From contig NIVC01001200.1 of the NCBI GenBank assembly GCA_002269645.1, positions 124,001 through 188,000 on the forward strand: a stretch of 64,000 bases of DNA, read 5' to 3'. The translations under genes were made by a program, and so were the position numbers. The notes beneath the pieces are model-generated. The model was not told the origin of the DNA and ran no database searches. It saw nothing but the letters and a program-made list of their open reading frames with translations. Positions 43,214-57,822 of the stretch are shown in pieces; position 1 is the first letter of the stretch, and every line of letters begins with the position of its first letter. This DNA is from Macrostomum lignano (lineage: Eukaryota).

Positions 43214-46089
43214 GGATGCAATGATGCTTGTTCACTGTTGTATGATAATTCTCTCCGAGCTCTCAACACTTACGTATGCTCGAATCTGTCTGCTTTGTTC
43301 TGTATTTAACAGCACGAAGACTGTTTCTTCTTAGTTCAGCAACTCTGAGGTTTGCCTTTCTGGATATTCGTTGCAAACATTTCTCTGCTATTTAGGAGGT
43401 TTTATCGCTTTTATCCGCAGCTTAAGTGCTGCATTGCTCAGGTAGCAAGCCTCAGTCAACTTTCTATTCATTTATTTTGATTGGTTTCCATGGTGAGAGA
43501 GCAGCATTTTAAGTCTCCATTTCTTTGTTTCTAAACATCCTTTAGAGCTTTCAAGCCTGAGCTGGGCGACCACTAAGTGGGATTTTACTCCAGCAGGCAG
43601 TTTGCTTGAGTCTCCCCGATGCAGAAGCTTGGCATCGGTGCAGAAATTTGGTACAGATGACAAAGCCTTTTGTTGCTAGCTGGGGACTTATCAAACTTTG
43701 AGTAGACGCTTCCCAACTCTTGTTTTTGGAGACACCGAAATAGACTGGCGAATGGAGATAAAAGGAACACTCGCGTTCCAACTTGCAAGTCTAACGAAGT
43801 CCTTTTTATCTGATTCTCAGGTCGACAGAGGGCTGGAATAAAATCTGATTCTGATTTTGCTTCCACCATTGTCTGACTCCATTATCGTGTCGCCAACAGC
43901 AAAGAGGGGTTGTCAAAAGACCTAAAAATGCCCAAGCACTAGCTATCATTGCTCTATGCGTTTTAGGCGTCAATTTTCAGAGTTCTTTTTGTAAACAATG
44001 GTCCGGACGCAGTGAGCCCCGGCAATTCTTGTTTATTTAGAGTGGCTCCTCTGCCTTGGACTGGAGCTCCGGAGTCGGGCCGTGGCATCCAGTGCGGCTT
44101 TCCAGCCGTCTCTGGGCCCGATACCCTCCGCTCCTACAGAATTCCGTCTTTCTATTGCAGCCGGACAAACTATACTGATAGTAGTACAGCAGTATTTGAG
44201 GCGAATATGCTACTTTATTTATTTGGGCTGCAGCCGGCTTCTCTATCTTGGCAAGCGTCTTCTGGACCGGTGATAGTGCCATGTTTTCACTAGCTCGGCA
44301 TTTCACATTGTCAAAGACTCAAGCTCGAAAATTCACCAGCACATAATGTCACATCACCGAATTCGTTAAGTTGTGAGGTAGTGAAATTGCGTAGAAAGAT
44401 TTTTTTCTACGATTTTTGCTCTCTTACGAGCGCCCCACGCTAAGCACTGAGCAGCGTGGCAGCCAATGGGACATCAAAGTATCTACGAGCTCGTACGTAT
44501 AGATCGTAAAAGACAACGAAAATGATCCCTTTTATGGAATTCACGGATAACATTCGGGTCCTCGCGCAAACCTTTTATATTAAACCAAATTTTGCAATAT
44601 TGTTCTTGATGAACTCTAAGCTTTGGGTTTTAGCTACTTTCAAAAAGCTTCCCAGTTTTTGGATGGAGTGTTTTTTATGATTGACGGGAAAAAACTAACC
44701 TAGAGTCGCCCTCCTCATCTGTTTTTTGTCTTCCATGGTGACAGTGCAGCACCTTATGTTGCTCCCATTTGTATTTTTCCAGCATCCTACAACACTCTCA
44801 AGTCAAAGCCCAGAGAGCACCTCTTTTAGCAGTAGAAGTGTTTAACTTCCTACACAGCACAAGAAGGCTCTCTGCTGAATCCAGGACAGTGACAAAGCCC
44901 ATTGTTGTAGGCTTAAGATAAGCTTTTTTACAGGCAGTCACTGATTATCGTTTAGCCAGTAGCGCTTAGCATCTTTCACTTTACGAAAGACCCAAAAGTA
45001 CCTCCGGCATGCGCACGGCCGCTTAGCATACTGTGCAAGTAGTACCGTGTGAAAATTGAATGGAGAAGGGGCGCTGGAGAGTGTTGGGACAAGGACCACT
45101 GTATATAGCTATATACAGTGGTCCTTGTGTTGGGAGTGAGATAAGCGTCCTCCCCGGCATACACCCGTCAGCCTTTCTGACCGGACTCCCGGCAGTTTCG
45201 ATTGCAGTTCTGTGAAGTCTGGCGCGCCCGTGCGCAACAGAGAGACCACGCTCGCGGTGCTGACGGTAGGAGCTGTATTCTTGAGCGCTGCACATTCAAT
45301 GCCCGACTGTGGGGGAACTTGCAGAAGCCAGTCATATTGCTTGTCTATGAAGAAAACTTACGCTTATATGCGCTCTAAGTGCAACAAGCAGTTGCTGCAG
45401 TACGCCGTGTGTTCGTGCATTGGCTGCACGCACAGGTTCCTGCGTCGACGCAAAGGTTTGAGTTTGCTCCTTGATGACAGCGCCTCTTACACCGCACTGG
45501 AATTCAGAATTTTGTACAAAATTTACTTGCAAAATTGCTACGTAAAAAAGCGTGGTTTGAGTTGCGTCACAAAAATCTGATAAAAGTTGATTACTGGGTT
45601 CTGGTGGTCACTTGTCCGCGTTGCTGGGTGCATTTGCTCTGTCCTGCAGTCCTGTCGCGTCCTGTCGCGTCATCCGTGACTCAGAATGGCGGGCCTCATC
45701 ATCCGCGCCGAGTCGCACTGCCCACAGCTGGTGCAGGAGGAACTGCTGCTGGTCATGCAGAGCCTACCGAAGGATCAGTTTTTTGACTGGCATTCGGTCG
45801 TTAAAGGTGCCATAGAAATTGTTAATAATTGCATGGATCTTTTGAAGCTAAGAAAGGGCAATGCGAAAAAAAACACTTTTTATATGTACATGCAAAAAAT
45901 GGACAATTGAAGACATGTGACAGTTTGTCGAGAGCTGTTGCGTAACAAAAGATAGAACTTATTTTGCGATTTTAATTTTACTTCAATCAAAGTACTCGTA
46001 AAAGGCGCTTGACATTTATGCATTTTTAAGAGTTCTACTGAGCCACACTGTACTTTTGTGCTCGCAATTTAAAAAGAATAAGCTCCTGT

Positions 46090-47055
46090 TAGAGGCTAAG
46101 CTACCACTAGTGACTAAGCTAGCACTAGAGACTAAGCTAGCACTAGAGACTAAGCTACCACTAGAGACTAAGCTACCACTAGAGACTAAGCTAGCACTAG
46201 AGACTAAGCTAGCACTAGAGACTAAGCTACCACTAGAGACTAAGCTAGCACTAGAGACTAAGCTACCACTAGAGACTAAGCTAGCACAGGAGACTAAGCC
46301 ACCACTAGAGACTAAGCTACCATTAGAGACTAAGCCACCACTAGAGACTAAGCTAGCACTAGAGACTAAGCCACCACTAGAGACTAAGCTACCATTAGAG
46401 ACTAAGCCACCACTAGAGACTAAGCTAGCACTAGAGACTAAGCCACCACTAGAGACTAAGCTACCATTAGAGACTAAGCCACCACTAGAGACTAAGCTAG
46501 CACTAGAGACTAAGCTACCACTAGAGACTAAGCTACCATTAGAGACTAAGCCACCACTAGAGACTAAGCTAGCACTAGAGACTAAGCTACACTAGAGACT
46601 AAGCTACCATAGAGACTAAGCTACACTAGAGACTAAGCTAGCACTAGAGACTAAGCTAGCACTAGAGACTAAGCTACCACTAGAGACTAAGCTAGCACTA
46701 GAGACTAAGCTACCACTAGAGACTAAGCTAGCACAGAGACTAAGCCACCACTAGAGACTAAGCTACCATTAGAGACTAAGCCACCACTAGAGACTAAGCT
46801 AGCACTAGAGACTAAGCCACCACTAGAGACTAAGCCACCACTAGAGACTAAGCTACCATTAGAGACTAAGCCACCACTAGAGACTAAGCTAGCACTAGAG
46901 ACTAAGCCACCACTAGAGACTAAGGGGTCGTACTATAAAGCTGTCGTAGCGTAAGTTCGATCGTACGTCGGAACTTTTACACTGCGAAGATAGGAGCTAA
47001 GATCGATCTTATCTTACGATGGCTTTATAGAAGGGGCCCTAAGCTACCACTAGAG
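46090..47055. repeat. 18-bp minisatellite (ctagagactaagctacca/ctagca/ccacca), interrupted by a MITE
   Basis: Tandem units; source of the LETKLP ORF. Confidence 0.97.
46924..47039. mobile_element. 116-bp PIF/Harbinger-type MITE
   Basis: TAA TSD (46921-23, 47040-42); imperfect TIRs ggggtcgtactataaagc / reverse complement gggccccttctataaagc. Confidence 0.75.
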
Positions 47056-47328
47056 GCAAAACTCTTTCTAACAAAAGTACAATAAGAGAGCTGTTCTCAA
47101 TCAAAAAGAAGGCAAACAAAGGAATTATATGAGTGCGCTGTCTTGAATTACATACGCTCGTAAAAGCTTGCAAAACCCCAGTCACCAATGTATCTCTTCC
47201 ATGCAGGAAGTTTGATTCTGTTTGCAGATGAAATTCCTGCGTGCCATCTGCTGTTCAGTTTTCGGGAGAAACTGTTTTGTTCACAAAATATTCTGTCTGA
47301 GTCTCTTGCCTGCCGAAGTCGGCCTCTC

Positions 47329-49212
<1,884 letters not shown>

Positions 49213-50897
49213 CCTAGTGCCTGGTGTTAATGATAAAAGTTAGAGTTTTAGCACCAAGATTTAAACATAGGCTTAGTTCCTAGATGTGATCATTTGCAGC
49301 TTATTGTTCAGTCAAAGGGGCTTTCGAACTCTGCTGCAAATTAAGCTAAGACGACCCAAAGTCTAAGTCCAAGTCTAAGTCCAAATTAGCGCGGACAATC
49401 CACTTTACTTAGTTGAAGAGCCAGGCACTCATCGGATTTCCTGCATAGCGTTCTCTAGCTTAAAATCGAAAATGAGGCATACAGCTATCAATATTCCCTT
49501 GCCTTGAGCAACTCACCAAAAGATTTAATAGCGAGGAATTTTTAACGCTTGCTTGCCGAGATCTTGGTCAAAAAAAATTCTTTTTCAGAGGAGTTCAGAC
49601 TCAAAAGTCTCTTGGCTAGACTTTGTGCATACGGCCTTTATTGCTTCTAGAGGGCAGTGCTGCAAGGCAAAGAGAGAAAAACCTGATTGGTTTGCCTGGT
49701 GACAATACGGTTTCTCTCTTTGCTGCCCTTGCTCAGCATCCAACAGGGTGAGTTCAAGTGCCAGGTGTTAAAATTCAGCAGTGGCAGCCCTAAGACTGTT
49801 CTGCGGTTGGCGATTAGAGACGAAGAGACAGATTTTCCCACGAAATTTTCCCACGTGGGCCACGTCTTTCCGATGGTCCTCCCTGCTCCTGCTGGTAGGA
49901 TGTGTGGTTGAGGGCGCACTGACACAAGTGCGCCATGGGAGCTATAGTTCGGAAGCTTCATAGCTGGTTAATTCATTTCGTCTGGGCATTTGATCAGATA
50001 TGATATTATTGGAAATTCTATGATATTGGAGATGATATTGGAAATGCATTGAGTAGCGAGATGCATTGAGTGCGAGCTAGCGAGATCGTTTGAGGGCTTT
50101 GTTGAATTGAGTGCGCGTCTGCAAAGCTACAGAAATTGTTTGCTGCTGTTGCTTTTTATAATTTTCATGGTAGAGCTTGAAACAAAAGCCAGCTTCTAGT
50201 CGTTTTTTTGCTCTTCTTGCCTCTCCGTTGTACCAGCCATGCCTATCCGCGGTCCAGTAGTGAGCACTAATGCTCCGACTCCGACAACTACGTACTAGAC
50301 AAAGTCCTCTTGGATTTTCGTGACACGGCTGATGGCCCCTGCTTTACTAACGTTATTGGCATTGCCGTGTTAACACACAAATAAACTACTATTGATATGT
50401 CTGAGATAGAAAGCTAAATAGCAAAGGTTCACTTAAAGAACTCATTGCCGAGCCCAGCCGGAATTGGCTCGAACCAGAAATGAATGAAAGCGTTGCAACA
50501 ACAGGAGGGCGCGAGAGGCAGCCGCTCGGGAATCGATAGAAAAACAGCTGAGCGCGTCGAGACGGAATTAACGAGCCGAGGCCAGCTCCGGCCTACAGGG
50601 GACTGCAGACGACCAACCCAAGAAGCTTGACAGCCGAGGGTCTGACCAACAAGCTGAGCTGCAGATTGAACAGAACGAAAGGGACAGAAACTGACTGGAT
50701 TTCAGTGCTTTTCTTTCCCTCAAAGCCCTTAAAATCCAACCAATGGAATTTCACATCCCTCAACTAACTCTCATTTTCCACTTGGCAACTCGCAAGTACG
50801 AGCTATTGCCTGCAGTTTCTTTGTAAAATCAGGGAGCTGTCTTCCCGTATCTTCATTGCTTGAAACCCCTGCCGCTTCTAACAGCGCGACCAAGCAT

Positions 50898-51664
50898 TAG
50901 GGAATACAATCCCGGGATCACAATTGTTCGGGATTCGAAAATCTTGGGATTGACCATAGGGATCCCGATTCCGCTTTTCAATAATTCAATCATTTATTCT
51001 TGATTGCAGCTGAGATACTTGTCAGATGAAAGTCATAACCCAGTTGTCCTACCTTGATTTCTTAATCTTTTTAAGCATGCAGGCTAGCGAGTAGAAGGCT
51101 ATAGGGCTGCAGGGACACGAAACAGAAGCTGTTAGCAGGTCGTAAGGGTATTTAAGGTGTACTAATGTAGAACTACTTTAAGCAGTCACTACCTTCAAAA
51201 CTCCTTGGCCGTAGCTGGGATTAGAACAGTGGGACCTTGCTATCAATTGTGGACCACAACCAAAGCTATCAATTCTCCATCTAGGGCGGGTGCCTCTGGG
51301 AGGGTGAGGTCTGATCCCCTTCTGCCCTGGTATCAGCACCTCGGGCCATAGCTCTGTAAGCTATCATTCCCCAGGTTACATCACAATCAAGTGTGATTTT
51401 CCTGAGCTGATACTGGCATGTAAAAAAGCACACCAGCCCGTAAATCGCACTCCAATTCAGAGCTCACTGTCAGTTTCATGTTTGCGAAATATCTTTTTCT
51501 GTTCTGCTTTTATATTATTGAAAGCCCTTTAAAATCAGTTTAGATGGCTTTCTAAACCAATATTGCACCAATAAAAATTAGAAACTTTCAATCCCGAGAT
51601 TTTCAAAGTCCGAGATATCCCGATCCCGTGAATCCCGGGATTGGCAAATCTCGGGTATTCCCTA
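50898..51664. mobile_element. Non-autonomous hAT-type element, 767 bp
   Basis: Perfect 8-bp TSD ccaagcat (50890-97, 51665-72); termini tagggaatac / gtattcccta; subterminal atcccgggat repeats at both ends. Confidence 0.85.
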
Positions 51665-53574
51665 CCAAGCATCTCAAGAAACACCCGAGAGGTCCTCTGC
51701 GCTGTCGGTTAGCTCAACTTAAGAATTCGGTATAACATTCGTCAATTCAAAAAAATTATTTCACGTCCTTTGAGTCAACTCGATTGCTTTACCTCTCCGT
51801 TCGAGCCCAGCTCAACGATACTGTAGTAATCGACGCAAGGCCAGTGCAATTTGCTGAATCAGAAGTTCGCCCCACTTGTGCATTGAATGCGATTTATATA
51901 TGCTCGTATTTGAAGTCCAAGGGCCGCTCAGGGAGCAACGTGCACTTGAGCATTGTGGATGTACATTAGTTTGATGTTGAGATAGTTGAGAATAGTTGAG
52001 AAGGATAGTTGAGAATCAATCTACTCGTCATTTTGCTTGAATCTGCAAAGTTTTTCATTCTGTAAACATCGTGCGCTTTGCACACAATGATACTGAATTA
52101 GAGTAGGGTTTAGTTTTCCGACACCTTTTGAGACGATTGTGAAACTTCATCAGGATTACCATGGCTAGAAGACCATCGATTGAAATGGTTTTTAGATACT
52201 TTATTTTTAGTTAACTTTAGATAAATTCTGGAGTTTTTCGTCTAGAGGCACATTGCTTGCAAGGACTACTTCAGTATGAATTTAACATCAATGCACATTT
52301 TTGGCACAAAATTTACATTTGCACATGCATCGTTTGTCGTCCAAGTTTTTGTTGGCACCTGTGCCCAAGCTACATGTGGGCTGAATTAATGTTAGTAGTA
52401 GACTCAATAACGTTAGTGATGTTAATGCGAGTATATGTCCCATTTTCCCTATACATAGACAATGTCTAATTTCATTCATGCAAACAGACAAAGCACTCAT
52501 CATGAGCGAGCTAGAAGAACAAAGCTAAAAAGTGACAGAAATCATCCACAAAGTGCTGTCTACTCGCAGAAATAAGTGAAAAGCATGCGTGCTTTCAAAA
52601 AAAATCCATAAAACACGAGTGTCGCATCCTATATACTCGTATTACTGCCGTTCTGCCGTTCCACACAGGCACGCACAGCATCCTATACAACATGAGTTGA
52701 GCTAGCCGGCCCCTGCATTAAACTAGCCTGCTAGAAAAGGCAATGACCATCCGCAGCATGCTAGAGAGAATAGCTCATGCAGCCGCCGCCATTGCTCATA
52801 AGCTAGACTGGCAGACACTACTCAGTGGATCTCTTTTCTCCTAATCCGCTCACACACTCCACACACTTTCCTGTTGCAGCCCCCGACAGACCCGCCCTCA
52901 ATGCGCTGGGCTGGAACATGAACTTGCAAACTTGTCTTTTCGAAAAGAGTTTGCCCAGCTCTTCATCTTTAAGCAGCAGTTTCTTTCTTTCGCCCGACAA
53001 AAATTTCTTTAGCTTCTGTCTTAGAGAGCTGCAGCAATGTGTATGATAAGTCACAATAGGATGGCTTGGAAGTTTGAGCGGAAGCAGGGATGCGTTGAAA
53101 GAAGATGGTGAAAGTCGCTACAGCTGCCTCCGTGGAAGGCCTTCATATACACCATCAGGGCCGCTTTACGGTTAGAAACAAGAAGCTCTAGAATTTTCAA
53201 CGACAATGGGAAATTGCTTTTGAGGCAAGTTTTTGTCGACCGAGCCGATTTATCGATCGGCTAGCCCTCCCCCCCAAATTGGTTGCTTATCTATTCCACC
53301 CCTCCCTTTATTATTCTCGACTCAACCCCCCTGCGTTAGTTTTATAATAATATACGCTGCATGGAGGGCTGGGTCTCAAGCCTGTTCCTTTCTTCTATTC
53401 AATTCAAAGTCAGCAGTAATTCAATCTTTAGTTTTTCGACATGGCACCCGAACAAAAATAGAACTCAATATGTAGTCAGTTCATAAAGTGGCTTAGCTGG
53501 CAGGCTTTGTTAGTCTCGCGTTATCTCGTCATCCCGTCATCCCGTCATCGACTCTCATAATCTCTGGTTGCCGG

Positions 53575-54240
53575 CCTCTTGATCGCTTCGTCTGCCGGCC
53601 TCTCAATCGTCTCATCTGCCGGCCTCTCAATCGTCTCGTCTGCCGGCCTCTCAATCGTCTCGTCTGCCGGCCTCTCAATCGTCTCATCTGCCGGCCTCTC
53701 AATCGTCTCATCTGCCGGCCTCTCAATCGTCTCGTCTGCCGGCCTCTCAATCGTCTCATCTGCCGGCCTCTCAATCGTCTCATCTGCCGGCCTCTCAATC
53801 GTCTCGTCTGCCGGCCTCTCAATCGTCTCATCTGCCGGCCTCTCAATCGTCTCGTCTGCCGGCCTCTCAATCGTCTCGTCTGCCGGCCTCTCAATCGTCT
53901 CGTCTGCCGGCCTCTCAATCGTCTCATCTCTGGTTGCCGGCCTCGTCGCTTATCTATGGTTGCCGGTCTCGTCTTCGGAGTCGGTGCCGGCAGCATATTC
54001 ACATTTCAACTCGGGCTGTCGGTCTCGTCTTCGGAGTCGATGCCGGCGGCATTTTCCCTCTTCTCGGCTGTCGATCTCGTCTTCGGAGTCGGTGCCGGCG
54101 GCATATTCACATTTCAACTCGGGCTGTCGGTCTCGTCTTCGGAGTCGATGCCGGCGGCATTTTCCCTCTTCTCGGCTGTCGATCTCGTCTTCGGAGTCGG
54201 TGCCGGCGGCATATTCACAATTCAACTCGGGCCGTCGTCA
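53575..54240. repeat. 24-bp array (tctgccggcctctcaatcgtctcr) followed by a 108-bp (52+56) GC-rich tandem repeat
   Basis: Tandem units visible. Confidence 0.93.
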
Positions 54241-55619
54241 CGTCTTCGGAGTCTGTGTCGGCAGTCAATCTCACCGGTCTCTTGTCAAACTTTCTTCACT
54301 CGGTCCCCTCCTCTCTTGTCAGTGTCTCCAGTTGTCTCCAGTCGTCTCCAGTTGTTCTTGTCATCAACTTGATTCTCTTCTCATCTCATCTCTCTCATCT
54401 CATCTCTCGTACTCAACTGACAATGTTAATATTTTCTCTGAACTGTACTAGCCATCTAGAATTACGAGCGTAAAATTGCTAATTTTTAAGTTGAAGGGTG
54501 GATATATTCAGTCATTTCAGTCTTCTAATTGGTTCAAGAAACTACTAATTAAAAATCTAAGTTTAAAATTCTGTCTTAATATTTTGCATTCACTCTACTG
54601 CTTTTTTATTCAAATTCTTAGTCATATTATATTAGACATTTCTTATGGTTGTACACCTGTTTGAATTCGTTGTCCAATTAAAACTCTACTCAGTTCAACA
54701 TAACTCGAAATTTCCATTGTTATTTATAAATTAAAAAAATGTTTCATTTTTTGGGGGAGTGTCGCGACTTTCTTAGTAATTTCTTTAGTTTACCTTCACC
54801 TGTCTCTGTTTACTGGTTTGTCTCTCTCTGTCTAGCTCAATCTTGTTATTCTTATCTCTCTCTCCCCCTTGCTGCCTTCTGATTGGCTCTCCATTCTCGC
54901 CTATCTCCTTAGTCGCGCACTCCACCCCTCTCCTTATTATCTGGAGTCAACCCCTCTAAGTTAGTCATATAAATATACTGGTTTGGGCCCTGCGCCCACT
55001 CTGCTTTTCCGTCTATTCAATTTAACTCTAATTTAAATATATTCTAATTTAAATCCTCATCCTCGTCTTGGTATAGTTTATTATATTCTCTAGTTTTTAG
55101 GCTTATTATTTTTTTCGACAAAAAATGAATGGCAGTAATGAGTGCAGATGACGATCACAGACAAAAAAATTCCAGAAAAAATTATACTTTTCCCTCTCTC
55201 TCTGTCAGTGATAACCGGTTGAAGCTGTTCCTAAGCGGGGCTGAAATGGGTTGCATAAACCGGATCTGTGGCCAAATATTGCACCAGCAGTTCGACATCG
55301 AGCAGTCTGACATCATTCACCGGCTGTTCGGCTGGCTGCGAGCGTCTAATCTGCCAGGCGGCGGCATCATCGTCGAGAACGAGAGAAGGCCTGGCCCGTT
55401 CAAGCGACCGGTTGCACCGACGGCGTCGACTCCAGCTGACTTCATCCCGTAACCCGTGAAACTCTCAAGAACTGCTGTTGCTGACGCTGCAAGGGCCCTG
55501 TCCTACTGACGAGAAAGTAAGAGAGTAGTAGAAAGTGTAAATAAATGGAAAAAGGAATAAAAAATAAAATAAATAAAGCCTCTCCATTGCAAATGTGCAA
55601 AAACAAAGTGGCAGGCACC

Positions 55620-56218
55620 GAAAATTTATTTTGTTCGTAGGTCCAACTCGACTGTGGCAGATATATTCCCAGAGGCTCCTGCCTTTGGTGCATGCGGATG
55701 ACACAGGGGCATAAGTGCCGAGCCACCCGGTCCTCATCTTGGCAACCAAGGCCGCACAAGGGGGCAGAATCAGTCGGATTTCCGGGTTGTGCAGCACCGC
55801 CGGTCAGTTCGTTGGCGCCATGCGAGGACCAGTTTATTACGACGTGATCTCTGGTGGAGTGGCGGGCTACCGGAGTGTCTCGGGAGTGCCACGGGAGAGC
55901 GAGCGGCCACGGATGCTGTTGACGGTCTCGCCGACGTAGACTGAGTGGTCGCACCGGAGGCAGAACGCGGCGTTCATCGTGTTGCAGTCGATCCTCTAGC
56001 TGCTGATGAGTTGGACTGTTGTCGCAGCTGATCCGGGATTGACGGAGGTGAACCTTGCGTGCGCCTGGCAGCACTTGCAGCGCCGGGCCGGGTTGCACAG
56101 CAGGAAGCCGAACTCCCATCGTCTGGTCGGGTAGAAGTCCAGCTCTGTCACCACATCACACTTGATGGCCGTGACCGGATTCGCGACATCAGCCCGTTGT
56201 CCGGGTGCCTGGTGTACC
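55620..56218 (-). mobile_element. Degenerate Penelope-like element, GIY-YIG endonuclease remnant
   Basis: Minus strand, across frameshifts and stops: CNPARRCKCC..IDCNTMNAAFCLRCDHSVYVGETVNSIRGR..PVARH..DH..PLGI. This is the typical CCHH-GIY-YIG order. Confidence 0.65.
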
Positions 56219-56380
56219 TGAGAAGGTGAGGCTTCACCACGTCCCGAAAAGTCCCCTTAGGATGGAGAGAGTTGCGATGGATGAGGACTCGACTATCGGT
56301 GGGCTTGAAGAAACCCTGGTCCCCAGAATCTTGTTGTCTGCTTGCTGTCTTGCTATCGAAAGAAGAGAGTACGAAAGAGA

Positions 56381-56421
<41 letters not shown>

Positions 56422-56670
56422 AGAGGTCACGGCGTACTGAGTTCTAAAATTGGCGACCGGTTTCAAGCCTCTGGCATCTTCGTCAGGCCAAAGTGTGCGT
56501 ATAATTAAATGAATATTTGCGTATTTAACCTGTTCCAGACCACACTATCTTGTACATCTACATCTATCTCACATCCTAGGCGGAGAGAGCGTGCGGTGAG
56601 TCTGACGTTCTGACCCCAAAGCTACAACCCCCGCTGTACATTTTTGTGTTTAATCCCTGTACCTTTAAGT

Positions 56671-57086
56671 CAGGGATCCGCAAACTTTTTACCTAAAGGG
56701 CCAGAAAGAGTCTAGACCATTGCTGCGGGCTAGATGAAAGAGGAAGAGGGTATAGAGGAGAGAGAAGAGGAAGAGGAGATCGAGATAAGAGATGAGAGAA
56801 GAGAGAAGAGGTTAAAGGCGAGATAAGAGATGCGATAACAGAAAAGATAAGAGGAGAGAGGAGAGGAGACAAGAAAGGAAAGGAAAGGAGAGGAGAGGAG
56901 AGGAGAAGAAATATTAGAGGAGAGGGGGAGATGAGAGGAGAGGGGAGAAGGGAGAAAATAGAGAAGAGGGGAGAGATGAGAGCTGAGAAGCGACAAGCCT
57001 TGAGCGGGCCGGATTGCTTTTGTTAAGTTTCAAAGGACCCGTGGGCCGGATAGAGAGGCCTGCGGGGCGGAGTTTGCCAACCCCTG
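56671..57086. mobile_element. hAT (Charlie-like) MITE with internal GA-rich simple sequence
   Basis: Ends cagggatccgcaaacttttt..aagggccaga and gcgggccggat..agtttgccaacccctg. Flanks cctttaag(t) and gctttaaa are an imperfect TSD. Confidence 0.7.
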
Positions 57087-57822
57087 GCTTTAAACTGTAA
57101 GAACTTCGTAGGGTCGGGTCTTGGTGAGGTCTTTGTAGGGTCTCGGTGAGACGTAGCACGAGACTTGGTAGTACGGGGTCGTAGGTTGAAGTCTACCGAG
57201 ACAGAGTTGATCCTTTTACCCGATTTCCCCGTGAAGGTCCGAAAGCAGCTTGCCCTTGCTGAATGCTCTGTGTTGGCTGTCGAGTACTGCCTGCACTGCC
57301 GCAGTCGGCAATTCAGCATCGATGCCCTCTGTCTGCCTGTCTGCGGCACTGCAGCTGCTGAAGGGGTGCACCGGAGTCTGAAATTCTCAGGACTGACAAG
57401 ACTGAATACTTTCGCTTATTGGTATACTGATATTTTTATTTACTGAATTTATTTGATCTATGCGGACAAATCAGCTTTGGATTAACAAGCTCAGCTGAAT
57501 TGGAAGGCTTTTGTGACACGTCAGCCGCGCTTGTCAAACAGAACTATTAGATGGATGAGTTGTTAGGGCTGCTGGACAATCAGAATCTCTTAGACAGTCT
57601 GAACTACATGTATGATAGTTTCCGAAGTCTTGAGTCTCTCATAGCAAATTAAAATGAGGAACCAACTGTACAGTACATGAGTCACTATAAGCATTACAAA
57701 ATATACTCCTCTGGTCAAGTGCGAAAATCAGTCTACGCAATCTAATGCTAAAATTAAGGCAAATTTCATGCCACAATTGAATCGCTCCGGAAAATTCACG
57801 ACCCGAGCCGGTTGGCGCGAAT

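Noticed and set aside
46056-46595. 179-aa (LETKLP)n ORF
   Set aside because: 18-bp minisatellite with a TTG start; the frame breaks by unit indels after 46590 and a MITE interrupts the array.
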